DNA of 64,000 bases from Candidatus Omnitrophota bacterium (GTDB taxonomy: Bacteria > Omnitrophota > Gorgyraeia > VGKH01). The DNA is taken from positions 35,890-99,889 of the forward strand of contig JBDRFF010000020.1 of assembly GCA_043819095.1 (NCBI GenBank). Reading direction: 5' to 3'. The notes beneath the pieces were generated by a model. It ran no database searches. It had not been told where the DNA came from and saw only the letters and a list, made by a program, of their open reading frames with translations. This document shows positions 39,920-49,698 of the stretch, piece after piece. The position numbers were made by a program, and so were the translations under genes. Position 1 is the first letter of the stretch. Each line of letters begins with the position of its first letter.

Positions 39920-40804
39920 TTATTGCCATTTGGCCTCTTTTAATAAAAATTCTATTACCCTACTGGCTTTTTGCTCGGGTTTCTCTACCTGTATATTTTC
40001 AAGCTCTGCGATTTTATCAAGAATAAAATAAACCTTTACGTCGTTTATCGCAGTCTGCCTTAATTGTTCTCTAAGCTCTTTATCTTTTGATTCGACTTCT
40101 TCTTTTTTTGTACCCTGCATAGTCATACGATGTTTTGCTTCTTGTACTAAATAATCAAGTTGTTTTTCAATAGAGCTTTTAGGAACTTCAAGTTCAGAAT
40201 TTTTAAGCAATTGCTGGATTATTTGGTTTTCCATATCAATCCTTGTTTGCTGAGCCTTAGCAAGATCAAGCTGCTTTTTGATTGTCTCTTTCAATTCATT
40301 GAGGTCTAGGTAACCTAGCCCCTTGGCAAAAGAATCGTCGAACGTGACATTCTTATCCAGGCCTTTTGATTCGCGAAGAAAATCAAGGCTTTTATTGACA
40401 TCCTCATCAGTTACGGCGGCCTTCTTTCTCTTTACGTCGAGGCCTTTGTGCTTTTTGATTTTTACTTCCGGAATTATCTCGAAAGTTGCCTTAAAAGAAA
40501 AACCTCCCTCTTTAAATGCCACGTCGGAAACCTCGGGTAAATTCACAGGCATCAATTTTTCTTTTTCTAAGGCCTCACGATATGAATTAGGAATTAAGTC
40601 CTTTATTACCTCTTCTCTTGCAAGCTTGCTATGCTGTGCCTGTACCATGGGCATCGGCGCCATGCCTGGACGAAATCCCTTAATATGCGCTTTTTTTTGA
40701 ATCTCCTTATAGACATCGTCAAATTTCTTATCAACGACTTCCTTGGGAAGGTCTATAATCATTTCTCTTTTACAGACATCAATTTTCTTAAGCGTTGTCT
40801 TCAT
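39920..40804 (-). CDS. tig: Trigger factor lacking the central FKBP-type PPIase domain
   Basis: 294 aa; ribosome-binding signature [12 protein letters not shown] in the N-domain. The sequence passes from the N-domain/linker (DFLRESKG) straight into C-domain-like helices, with no PPIase-like segment. tig-clpP synteny is conserved. Confidence 0.75.
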   Translation of the reverse strand: MKTTLKKIDVCKREMIIDLPKEVVDKKFDDVYKEIQKKAHIKGFRPGMAPMPMVQAQHSKLAREEVIKDLIPNSYREALEKEKLMPVNLPEVSDVAFKEGGFSFKATFEIIPEVKIKKHKGLDVKRKKAAVTDEDVNKSLDFLRESKGLDKNVTFDDSFAKGLGYLDLNELKETIKKQLDLAKAQQTRIDMENQIIQQLLKNSELEVPKSSIEKQLDYLVQEAKHRMTMQGTKKEEVESKDKELREQLRQTAINDVKVYFILDKIAELENIQVEKPEQKASRVIEFLLKEAKWQ

Positions 40805-41068
40805 ATTAATCCTTTAATGAGCGCTTGGCTTATGGAATCCGCCAAAGTTCTGTGGCGGATGACATAAGTCAACTGCGCGAATTGAACCCCCCACCACTTT
40901 TAGCAAGGGCCTTCATTTTATGTAGGACGTTTATCCTTCTTTTCAAACCCACCAAATTTAATTCCACCGTTATTTCTAAAAGTGGTGGGGGGTAAGTTCG
41001 AACATATAACTTATGTTCCTCCGACGCCTCGTCGGAGTCCATAAGTTATGTCCTCACTTACATTCTGA
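40805..41068. repeat. Modular nested-palindrome intergenic repeat element, copy E (H1 variant 2 with nested ccgcca/tggcgg hairpin; long H2 variant as in copy C)
   Basis: ttaatgagcgc left end; H1 gcgcttggcttatgg...cataagtcaactgcgc; H2 stem ccccccaccacttttag (40887-40903) / ctaaaagtggtgggggg (40976-40992) with internal cttttcaaacccacca..tttaattccac shared with copy C; H3 ataacttatgttcctccgacg-cct-cgtcggagtccataagttat. The lptB stop lies at its right end and the tig start at its left end. Confidence 0.7.
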
Positions 41069-41786
41069 ATTTTTCTCCCAGATAAATCTGTCTTGTCTTG
41101 GGATCATTGATTAACTCATCCGCACTGCCTGAAATCAAGATTCTTCCTTCGGCAATCAAATAGGCCCTATCCGTAATAGAAAGTGTCTCGCGGACATTGT
41201 GATCGGTAAGTAAAATTCCTAACCCTTTAGCCTTCAATTCCTTTATTATTTCTTGCGCTTCGGCGACAATAATAGGATCGATTCCAGAGAAAGGCTCATC
41301 TAAAAGTATAAAAGACGGATTAGTCACCAATGCGCGCGTTATCTCTAGCCTTCTCCTTTCCCCGCCAGAAAGGGTAAATGCCTTATTTTTTGCCAGATGG
41401 GAAATGTTTAATTCGTTTAATAATTTTTCTAATCTTTTCTTTCTCTCTCTGCGGCTAATATCCAGTGTTTCCAAGATTGCCATAATGTTTTCTTCAACCG
41501 TAAGTTTTCGAAATATTGATTCATCCTGAGGAAGATAGCCCATGCCTAAGCGGCAGCGCTCGTGTATGGCATAGCGCGTAATCTCTTTCTGGTCAAAAAA
41601 GATCTTTCCTCCTTCTGACGGAACTATACCTACGATCATATAAAATATCGTGGTCTTGCCTGCGCCGTTGGGGCCAAGAAGCCCGACGATCTCTCCCCTT
41701 TTAATGGAGAAACCGACTCCATCGACAACCTTGCGACCGTTGTAAGATTTAGCTAGCCCCTCAGTTTCCAAAAGACGCATTATCAA
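41058..41786 (-). CDS. lptB: LPS export ABC transporter ATP-binding protein
   Basis: 242 aa; Walker A GPNGAGKTT, ABC signature LSGGERRRLEI, Walker B ILLDEP. Follows the LptA-like gene. Confidence 0.85.
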   Translation of the reverse strand: MIMRLLETEGLAKSYNGRKVVDGVGFSIKRGEIVGLLGPNGAGKTTIFYMIVGIVPSEGGKIFFDQKEITRYAIHERCRLGMGYLPQDESIFRKLTVEENIMAILETLDISRRERKKRLEKLLNELNISHLAKNKAFTLSGGERRRLEITRALVTNPSFILLDEPFSGIDPIIVAEAQEIIKELKAKGLGILLTDHNVRETLSITDRAYLIAEGRILISGSADELINDPKTRQIYLGEKFRM

Positions 41787-42582
41787 GAGCTCCTTCTTCT
41801 GAATAAAGAATTAATTTCGGCCTCCCTGTAAGAGTAATCTTTTTATCCGCTGCAGTATAAATTGCTTCATCGCTATAGCTTTCATTATCTTCACGCACAA
41901 TCTTAACATTACCTTTTGCTATAATTTTGGTTATACCTTTGCTCTCGGAATCAAAATATACTTCCATTATATCTGAAAACATTTCTCCGCGCTGGTCTTT
42001 GACTTTTACATTTTTATTAAATATTGCGATGGAGCTTTGGTAATCAATATCAAGCGCGCCGTCACATGTGATAACTGTCTTGTTTAAGTTGTTATTCTCA
42101 TCTGCTGATACAATCTCAACAGTAACATCATCTTTTAGTTTTGCCTTCTTGAAATCTGTCTTTGCCTCGGCTCCACGACCTTCGGCAACAAGGTTTTCTT
42201 TTTCAATTTTAACCTTATCTTCTGTAGTAATAAGATTGGAATCTCGTCTCCAATCTAAAGAATCAGTGGTTAATTTAGAACCTGTTTCAGTTATAGCGAC
42301 AACGTCCTGCTCTAAATGCATATCCCCGCTTGTCTTGTTGAGGCTTCCTGTTTCTGCTGTTATATTTACCTTTTCTTCTCCGTAGAGGTCAGCATCGACA
42401 TTTTTAAGTTTAATCGTTTCCGAAAATATATCGGCTGACTCCCCTCTTACTTCCCAACTCTTCTCTCCATCCTTGGAATGACCGGAAAGATTGAATTCTA
42501 AAAATTGCTGATCGGAGTCTTGTGAAGATGCGATCGAGCAGAAAAAAAATAAAATAGAAAAAATAATAATCAATCGTATCAT
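41761..42582 (-). CDS. LptA/OstA-family periplasmic LPS transport protein (LptC/LptA-like)
   Basis: 273 aa; N-terminal signal/anchor, beta-jellyroll-like repeats, C-terminal EAIYTAADKKITLTGRPKL motif resembling LptA. Confidence 0.6.
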   Translation of the reverse strand: MIRLIIIFSILFFFCSIASSQDSDQQFLEFNLSGHSKDGEKSWEVRGESADIFSETIKLKNVDADLYGEEKVNITAETGSLNKTSGDMHLEQDVVAITETGSKLTTDSLDWRRDSNLITTEDKVKIEKENLVAEGRGAEAKTDFKKAKLKDDVTVEIVSADENNNLNKTVITCDGALDIDYQSSIAIFNKNVKVKDQRGEMFSDIMEVYFDSESKGITKIIAKGNVKIVREDNESYSDEAIYTAADKKITLTGRPKLILYSEEGALDNASFGN

Positions 42583-43103
42583 TTCTGATACTTACTTATG
42601 AGCTTATTCCATTTGTATTGGGATTTCAAAATTAGCTCGATCACTTCTCTTACCGCGCCATTACCACCTTTTTTCCTGGTTATATAATTTGCAACTCTTT
42701 TCACTTCTGGAGCTGCATTGGCAACGGCAACGGCAAGACCGGCTCTTCTTAAAACAGGAATATCAATAAGCTCATCACCAACAAAACAAGTCTGGCTCTC
42801 TTTTAGTTTTAGCTGCTTCAAAATTTTCTTATATGTATGAAGCTTGTCTTCAGAATTCTGATAGATTTTAAAAACTTTCATGTCTTTTGCACGCACGTTA
42901 ACAGTTCTAGAGTATCTGGCAGAGATTATAATTGTCTTTATGCCTGCTCGCCTTAATAAAACTACTCCTAAGCCGTCTTGAACATCAAAAAATTTAAGTT
43001 GTTTACCATTTTCATCAAAGATGATTTTTCCGTTGGTCAAAACCCCGTCAACGTCTAAGATTAAAAGTTTAATTTTTTTGGCCTTTTCCCTTAGGTTCAT
43101 CAA
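42579..43103 (-). CDS. kdsC: 3-deoxy-D-manno-octulosonate 8-phosphate phosphatase (HAD family)
   Basis: 174 aa; LLILDVDGVLTNG HAD motif I and GDELIDIP motif. Confidence 0.85.
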   Translation of the reverse strand: MMNLREKAKKIKLLILDVDGVLTNGKIIFDENGKQLKFFDVQDGLGVVLLRRAGIKTIIISARYSRTVNVRAKDMKVFKIYQNSEDKLHTYKKILKQLKLKESQTCFVGDELIDIPVLRRAGLAVAVANAAPEVKRVANYITRKKGGNGAVREVIELILKSQYKWNKLISKYQK

Positions 43104-44063
43104 CTACACCAACCCTGCTCGTAAAAGATCCTGCACATCCAGAAGACCGATTGGGCGTTTATTTTTATCCACTACGGGAACTTCGTCTATCTTTTTCTCC
43201 TGAAGTATCCTTAGGGCTTCAACCGCGAGAGTATCCTTGGTCACTGTTGTAGGATTTTTTGTCATTACGTCTTTTGCTTTTTTATCGGCTAAGTTAGAAT
43301 CTTTTTCAAGATGGCGACGTAAATCACCGTCGGTAAATATCCCAACCAGTTTTCCTTTTTTATCTACAACCGAAGCTGAACCGGCTCTTGCTTTTGTTAC
43401 TGCAAACAAAAGATCCTTAATCTTTTTTTCTTGATTAACTACCGGATTTGCGCCTCTCATCCTCATTATATCTTCGACTTTTAGAAGCAGCTGCTTTCCC
43501 AATGTCCCTCCGGGATGATAAAAAGCAAAATCCTCTTTCTTAAAGCCCTTTTTATCTAATAGGCAAATTGCTAGGGCATCGCCCATTGCCAACATCGCCG
43601 TTGTGCTAGCGGTAGGAGCCAGGTTCAAAGGACAGGCCTCTTTTTTTACACTAACATCTAAAACCACATTACAATATTTAGCTAAAGTTGATTTTGGATT
43701 TCCGGTCATAGCAATTATCTTTGTTCCCATTTTTTTAAGCAGAGGCAAGAGTCCTTTTACCTCTTGTGTTTCTCCGCTTTTAGAAAGGATTATAACGACA
43801 TCATCTTTTGCCACTCTTCCTAAATCTCCGTGGATTGCCTCTGCCGAATGAAGCCAAAGGCTCGGCGTTCCCACAGAAGACATGGTCGCGGATATCTTCT
43901 GTCCTATGATTCCGCCTTTACCCATTCCCGTTACCACGACCCTACCTTTACAATTGTAGATTAGATCTACGGCTTTCTTGAATTTTTTATCGATACGTGA
44001 AATTAGAGATCTTATCGCATCCGACTCAATTTTTAAAACTTCTTTTGCTCGTGCTATCGTCAT
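43104..44063 (-). CDS. kdsD: Arabinose-5-phosphate isomerase (SIS + tandem CBS)
   Basis: 319 aa; SIS domain (GRVVVTGMGKGGIIGQKISATM) followed by CBS pair. Confidence 0.85.
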   Translation of the reverse strand: MTIARAKEVLKIESDAIRSLISRIDKKFKKAVDLIYNCKGRVVVTGMGKGGIIGQKISATMSSVGTPSLWLHSAEAIHGDLGRVAKDDVVIILSKSGETQEVKGLLPLLKKMGTKIIAMTGNPKSTLAKYCNVVLDVSVKKEACPLNLAPTASTTAMLAMGDALAICLLDKKGFKKEDFAFYHPGGTLGKQLLLKVEDIMRMRGANPVVNQEKKIKDLLFAVTKARAGSASVVDKKGKLVGIFTDGDLRRHLEKDSNLADKKAKDVMTKNPTTVTKDTLAVEALRILQEKKIDEVPVVDKNKRPIGLLDVQDLLRAGLV

Positions 44064-44076
44064 CTCTTTCCTTCTA

Positions 44077-44913
44077 TTAATTCTTTATTCTAAAAGAATG
44101 AAGAAGCCTATCTATCGATATTGTCTGAAGCAATATCTCTTTTAATTCTCTGGGCGTGATCATGTTCGGACCATCGCAAGGAGCCTTTTTGGGATTAGGA
44201 TGGACTTCCAAAAATAATCCATCGCATCCAACAGCTGCAGCAGCGCGTGATAAATGAGAAACAAATTCTCTCTGTCCCGCAGAGCAACTGCCTTTGCCTC
44301 CGGGAAGCTGAACGCTATGCGTAGCGTCATAGATCACAGGATAACCAAATTTTTTCATTATAACCATAGAGCGAAAATCGCTGACTAGATTGTTATAGCC
44401 AAAACTTGTACCTCTTTCTGTGATAAGGATTTTTTTGTTGCCTGTTTTTTCAATCTTTTTAATGATTTGTTCAACATCCCAAGGGGCCAAGAACTGACCT
44501 TTTTTAATATTTATTACCTTTCCTGTCTTTGCCGCAGCAACAACTAAATCAGTCTGTCGGCACAAAAAAGCAGGAATCTGGATAATATCTAAAACCTTAG
44601 CTGCTTTCTTAACCTGTTCTAGAGAATGGATATCGCTTAAAACAGGAACCTTTAATCTTTGTTTTATTAACTTTAGGGCTTTGAGCCCTTTGGTTAATCC
44701 CGGTCCACGATATGACGATGCTGATGTACGATTGGCCTTATCAAAACTGGATTTAAAAATAAACGGAACTTTTAGTTTTTTTGTGATATCTAAAATTTCT
44801 TCGGCGGTCTCCAGCGAAGTCTTTAAATCCTCGATAACGCATGGTCCAGCAATCAAGACTAAAGGAGCACTACCACCGATCTTAATATTCCTGATTTTAA
44901 TCTGTTTTGTCAT
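44077..44913 (-). CDS. kdsA: 3-deoxy-8-phosphooctulonate synthase
   Basis: 278 aa; LIAGPCVIE start, KSSFDKANRTS, IPAFLCRQTDL motifs. Confidence 0.9.
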   Translation of the reverse strand: MTKQIKIRNIKIGGSAPLVLIAGPCVIEDLKTSLETAEEILDITKKLKVPFIFKSSFDKANRTSASSYRGPGLTKGLKALKLIKQRLKVPVLSDIHSLEQVKKAAKVLDIIQIPAFLCRQTDLVVAAAKTGKVINIKKGQFLAPWDVEQIIKKIEKTGNKKILITERGTSFGYNNLVSDFRSMVIMKKFGYPVIYDATHSVQLPGGKGSCSAGQREFVSHLSRAAAAVGCDGLFLEVHPNPKKAPCDGPNMITPRELKEILLQTISIDRLLHSFRIKN

Positions 44914-44914
44914 T

Positions 44915-45661
44915 TTATTTTAGGACTATTTTTGAGTCTTTGGATAACCGTCTTTTTACAACTTCTAGATCTTCAAGAGTATCAACCCCGAAAGTTTCAT
45001 AATCTGTCTGAACGGTTTTTATTCTAAAACCAGCCTCTAAGGCTCTTAATTGCTCTAATTTCTCCGTATTTTCTAAACTTGATTCCGGAAGATTTTTAAA
45101 AGTGAACAAAAAATCTTTTGTATAGGCATAAATACCGATATGCTTATAATAATCTCCTTGCGCATCTTCCTGTCGCTGATAAGGAATTGCCGCCCGAGAG
45201 AAATAAAGAGCAAAATTATCTTTATCTATTACTACTTTGACAATATTGGGATTATCTATCTCGTCTTTATTATCGATTTTCTTTATTAATGTTGCCATAA
45301 CGATCGAAGGATCTTCTAATACAGCACGCGCTAAATCATCGATCATCGTAAAATGAATCAAGGGCTCATCCGCCTGGATATTTATTACTACCTTTACTTC
45401 CATTGGCTGGACAATTTCGGTAAGCCTATCAGTGCCTGAGTCATGATCTTTCGATGTAAAAACTACCTTGGAACCAAATTCCTCCGCTATCTTTTTCACC
45501 CTTTCGTCGTCACAGGCGATAATTAGATCGTCGAGCAATTTAGATCCCTTTGCCCGCTCCCATACGTGCTGAATCATGGGCTTTCCCAAAATATTCGCCA
45601 AGACCTTACCTTCGAAACGAGTCGATGCATATCTTGCGGGGATTATCCCGATAACTTCCAT
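44915..45661 (-). CDS. kdsB: 3-deoxy-manno-octulosonate cytidylyltransferase (CMP-Kdo synthetase)
   Basis: 248 aa; IIPARYASTRFEGKVL N-terminus, NIQADEP motif. Confidence 0.9.
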   Translation of the reverse strand: MEVIGIIPARYASTRFEGKVLANILGKPMIQHVWERAKGSKLLDDLIIACDDERVKKIAEEFGSKVVFTSKDHDSGTDRLTEIVQPMEVKVVINIQADEPLIHFTMIDDLARAVLEDPSIVMATLIKKIDNKDEIDNPNIVKVVIDKDNFALYFSRAAIPYQRQEDAQGDYYKHIGIYAYTKDFLFTFKNLPESSLENTEKLEQLRALEAGFRIKTVQTDYETFGVDTLEDLEVVKRRLSKDSKIVLK

Positions 45662-45663
45662 AA

Positions 45664-46701
45664 TTATCTTCTAATCCTTTTTATCAATTCCTTTTGACTA
45701 ACGGTAGCTGTTCCGATTTTGCCTACGACGATTCCAGCCGCATAGTTAGCAAGGTATGCGGCCTCTAGCATCGTCGCTCCAGAGGCTAAGGCTAAAGTAA
45801 AAACAGCTATTACAGTATCGCCGGCGCCAGAAACATCAAACACGTCCTTAGCGACAGTAGAGATACTAACAGGTTTATCTTTTCCTTTCTGGAAGAGGCG
45901 CATGCCGCTTTCGCCCAGAGTAATTAAAACTGCTTTTGAATTAAAATATTTTAATAGTTCTCTGCCAGCTTTTTTTATATCGCCATCCGTACGAAGCTTG
46001 TCGCTAAAAATATGTAATTTATTATCAACGTCACTTATCTTGATGTTCCTTATAGCGTTCTCTGCCTCACTCCTATTAGGCGTTATTGCCGTAGCATCTA
46101 AATCTTTGTACATGCTGAAATGCTCTTCCTTGGGGTCAACCGTAATAATCTTTTTGCCACTAGCACAAATCTTGATTTTTACTAAAAGTTCCTTTGTGAT
46201 AACGCCTTTACCATAATCCTCAATGATAATCGCATCAAACTTATCTAGATTATTTTTAATAAAATTTAATATCTTGGATTGCGCGCTTGAACTGACTGCT
46301 TTTATATCCTCCCAATCGACCCTAACCACTTGTTGGTGTTGAGCAATAACGCGTGTTTTTGAAATGGTCGCCCTTTTCTTATCGACGACGATCCCTTTTG
46401 TTCCAATTTTCCTTTTATTCAATTCCGAGAATAATGTATCGGCGAGAGTATCTTTTCCTACTACTCCGGAAAGAGTCACCTTTGAGCCAAGACTCGTTAT
46501 GTTACTTGCGACATTACAAGCACCTCCTGGGATAAAACTTTTTTCTTGCGCCCAGACAACCGGAACGGGTGCTTCTGGAGAAAGTCTCTGTGCCTTCCCC
46601 CAGATAAACTCATCGAGAATCAGATCACCGATAACCAATATATTTGATTTTTTAAAACGAGATATGATTCTTAACAGTTTTTTCATTCTATAATTCTTCA
46701 A
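45664..46701 (-). CDS. D-glycero-beta-D-manno-heptose-7-phosphate kinase (RfaE/HldE domain I only; PfkB family)
   Basis: 345 aa; ILVIGDLILDEF...PGGACNVA ribokinase-like N-terminus and GAGDT motif. No fused adenylyltransferase domain. Confidence 0.75.
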   Translation of the reverse strand: MKNYRMKKLLRIISRFKKSNILVIGDLILDEFIWGKAQRLSPEAPVPVVWAQEKSFIPGGACNVASNITSLGSKVTLSGVVGKDTLADTLFSELNKRKIGTKGIVVDKKRATISKTRVIAQHQQVVRVDWEDIKAVSSSAQSKILNFIKNNLDKFDAIIIEDYGKGVITKELLVKIKICASGKKIITVDPKEEHFSMYKDLDATAITPNRSEAENAIRNIKISDVDNKLHIFSDKLRTDGDIKKAGRELLKYFNSKAVLITLGESGMRLFQKGKDKPVSISTVAKDVFDVSGAGDTVIAVFTLALASGATMLEAAYLANYAAGIVVGKIGTATVSQKELIKRIRR

Positions 46702-47647
46702 TTATTGAGCTGGCTAAAAGTGGCAACATTATTTCATGATGACCGACTATGTAATATCCTTTGCCGCTTCCTTGAGTTGGCCTATGGACAATATTCTGCT
46801 GCGGACGATAATGATAAATCATGTCGAAGTTTGCCGTAGTAAAGTTTCTTACTTTATAATCTAAATTTCTTGCTACAGTCAGAGCTTTTAAAAATACTTC
46901 TGGTAGAATAACGGCTGAGCCAAAATTAATCAATACTCCTCCATCGCCCAGCTTAGAAACCTCGGCGATAAAATTATGAAAATCTTTTAATGACGTCTGC
47001 CCGATTGCCGCACCATCGCAGGATAGATGCTGATGTACAATATCGGTCCCGATTGCAACATGCACAGTAATAGGTATATTTTTCTTAAATGCAGAATGAA
47101 TAATACTGAGTTCTTTGAAACGCAATCTGTTATCTTCATCAATGGCCCTACCTACTGCCTGGCCTATACCTAAATCAAACTTTGCCCCGGATTTAATAGC
47201 GTCGTTAATAAATCCGGCTGTCTCTTGTGCCATACCAAAAGAGCCATCGCGGATAGACCTTTCCACATCTTCGGAAGTCTTGCCCTGAAAAGCAATCTCA
47301 AAATCATGGATTATTCCTGCGCCGTTTAAAGCGACGCAATCAATAATACCCCTATTTATCAACTCAATTATAATCGGGCTTAAACCGCACTTGATGACAT
47401 GGGCGCCAAGCATGAAAATTACAGGCTTTTTCTTTTTCTTGGCCCCAACAACAGCATTTACAACATTGCGTAAATCTTGTGCTTTTAATACATGCGGTAA
47501 GTCCTGATAGAATCTTCGGAAGCTATTGCCTTTCTTGTAGATAGCGGCAAAATCCTTCAGATTTACCGTACTTTTTCTCTTGCCAAGAGAATAGGTCTTA
47601 ATTTTACGTAAGTTTATCTTACCCATAATAACACCAAATTCTATCAC
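46688..47647 (-). CDS. Deoxyhypusine synthase-like family protein (tentative), function unknown
   Basis: 319 aa. The segment PVIFMLGAHVIKCGLSPIIIELINRGIIDCVALNGAGIIHDFE resembles the DHS NAD-binding core (VFLGFTSN..SSG.REII.YLV....VDV.VTTAGG.EED.IK). Assigned from memory only. Confidence 0.35.
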   Translation of the reverse strand: MIEFGVIMGKINLRKIKTYSLGKRKSTVNLKDFAAIYKKGNSFRRFYQDLPHVLKAQDLRNVVNAVVGAKKKKKPVIFMLGAHVIKCGLSPIIIELINRGIIDCVALNGAGIIHDFEIAFQGKTSEDVERSIRDGSFGMAQETAGFINDAIKSGAKFDLGIGQAVGRAIDEDNRLRFKELSIIHSAFKKNIPITVHVAIGTDIVHQHLSCDGAAIGQTSLKDFHNFIAEVSKLGDGGVLINFGSAVILPEVFLKALTVARNLDYKVRNFTTANFDMIYHYRPQQNIVHRPTQGSGKGYYIVGHHEIMLPLLASSIIEEL

Positions 47648-49698
47648 AACTTAGAGATTTCGTCAACAGCTTCTAGGACATCTTCAACACTTATGGATTT
47701 CAGGCAAATGAACTCCTTTTTGCAGTTATGGGCGAGGCACTCAATGCATCCAACATCCTTATGTAGAAATATGTCTTTTTCTCCTAAAGGCCCCCAGCGT
47801 AAAGGACTTAAGCCCTTTTGGTTTCTTCCAAAAATGGAAATAACCGGAGTGCCAACAGCCGTCGAAATATGCACTGGCCCGGAATCGTTTGAAATAAAAA
47901 GGCAGCATCTTTTTAGAATGCTTGCAAGTTTACTAATTGTGGTTTCTCCTGATAAATCGATTACAGGATATTCGATTTTTTCGATAAGTTTTTCAGCGAT
48001 CTTCTGATCTTTTGGGCCAGAAATAATAATAATTTTAAATCTGTACTCTTCTATTAATCTATTGGCAAGATCGGAAAAATGTTCCTGCGGCCAAATTTTT
48101 GAAGGACAACTTGCGCCTGGATGAATTGCTACTAGATTAGGACTATTAAGGGCGTTATTCTTCTTTAGAATCCTATCTACCCAATCTTCGGATTCTTTTT
48201 TTATCGGCATAAAAAGTGTTTTATCTTGCGGCTCTATACCCAAGGCTCGGATGACATCGAGTGAATATCCCATCTCATGCTTTTCGCCTAAATACTTTTT
48301 GTCATCAAGTTTTTTAGTTAAGAAAAATCCCATCTTTCTGTTATACCCGATTCTCTCCGGAATCCCCGCAAAAAAAGAAATTAGATTTACCCTATTTGTG
48401 GGATGCAGGATTATTGCTAAATCGAATCGTTCCTTTCTTAATTCATTAGCAAATTTTAGCGACGATAAAATGCTTTTATGTTTTCCATATTTATCGTAAA
48501 TTATAAGCTCATCTACGAATGGATTTCCTTCAATAATTTCTTTAGCGTAGGGTCTTACCATCACAGCTAAAAATGAATTTGGAAAAAAATCCTTCACTGC
48601 CTTAATCACGGGAGTTGATAACAATACGTCTCCGATTCTATCTGTTCGAATCACTAAAATACGTTTATAGACCGAAAATTGCGACGCGATCGGTCTTTTC
48701 TCTTGGAGATAAATCTCAAAAAACTTCCCCGCTTGTTTTATAATGACGTTTTCCTCAAACAAATTCATGCATTCATGATTGTATCTGCAACTTGATTCCT
48801 CGCAAGGAGAACAATCTAATTCCTTCCTGACTAGCAAACTCTTACTATTCCAGGGCCCATATTTCTTTGGGTTGGTCGGACCAAATATCGCCAATGTTGG
48901 GACTTCCAGATAGCTAGCTAAATGCATTACAGCGCTATCATTTGAAATAACCAATTTTGCTTTTTTAAGCAGGCCTGCCAGTTGTTTAAGATTAGTCTGA
49001 CCGCATAAATTAACTGAATCATTTTTCATTAAATTTGAGACTTTCTCGGCAATTTCAGCATCATTTTTATCACCGACCATTACAATCTTTACGGAATAAG
49101 TCTCGGTTAGATAATCGCAAACTTTGGCAAAACCGTTCTCCGGATACCTCTTCCAACGGCTTGCCGCCCCAGGACTAACAATTACAATATTTTTCTTTCC
49201 CGATAATTTATTTTTAGATAAAATCTGTTCTATTTTGTCTTTATCCGATTCGTTGATGTGGATTTCGGAAAGACTATAAAATCTGGAAATTAGCGGATAA
49301 GTAGACTTTAGCTTATAGAGATACCGATATTTCATGTGTTCGATTGTCTCAGGAATTTTTTTAAATGGCGAAGTCTTGTGTTCAGCATTTAACAATACAG
49401 ATAATCCGCTATGGCGCAGGTCTACTATGAGATCAAATTTCTGCTTTTTTAGATAAATAAGAAAACCGATCTTACTTTTTATAGCGATACTCTTATCGTA
49501 GATAATTGTGTTTATTTTCGCGTCGTCAGCTAAAAGTTCGGCTGCCTTGGGACCGACGATTACGTTTAGACGAGCCTCTGGAAAGTTAGCCTTCAAAGTA
49601 TCAATCACCGGTAAGGTAAGCACAACATCACCGATATTGCTTAGGTTTATAACTAATATATTTTTAATTTCTGAATTGTTTAACTTTTTGGAAAACAT
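47644..49698 (-). CDS. Tandem double glycosyltransferase family 9 (two LPS heptosyltransferase-like domains in one polypeptide)
   Basis: 684 aa; two copies of the GT9 N-terminal signature (ILVINLSNIGDVVLTLPVIDTLKANFP and ILVIRTDRIGDVLLSTPVIKAVKDFFP). Each is followed by a GT-B C-terminal half with GPxxAS...D..GPxH motifs. Confidence 0.75.
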   Translation of the reverse strand: MFSKKLNNSEIKNILVINLSNIGDVVLTLPVIDTLKANFPEARLNVIVGPKAAELLADDAKINTIIYDKSIAIKSKIGFLIYLKKQKFDLIVDLRHSGLSVLLNAEHKTSPFKKIPETIEHMKYRYLYKLKSTYPLISRFYSLSEIHINESDKDKIEQILSKNKLSGKKNIVIVSPGAASRWKRYPENGFAKVCDYLTETYSVKIVMVGDKNDAEIAEKVSNLMKNDSVNLCGQTNLKQLAGLLKKAKLVISNDSAVMHLASYLEVPTLAIFGPTNPKKYGPWNSKSLLVRKELDCSPCEESSCRYNHECMNLFEENVIIKQAGKFFEIYLQEKRPIASQFSVYKRILVIRTDRIGDVLLSTPVIKAVKDFFPNSFLAVMVRPYAKEIIEGNPFVDELIIYDKYGKHKSILSSLKFANELRKERFDLAIILHPTNRVNLISFFAGIPERIGYNRKMGFFLTKKLDDKKYLGEKHEMGYSLDVIRALGIEPQDKTLFMPIKKESEDWVDRILKKNNALNSPNLVAIHPGASCPSKIWPQEHFSDLANRLIEEYRFKIIIISGPKDQKIAEKLIEKIEYPVIDLSGETTISKLASILKRCCLFISNDSGPVHISTAVGTPVISIFGRNQKGLSPLRWGPLGEKDIFLHKDVGCIECLAHNCKKEFICLKSISVEDVLEAVDEISKL

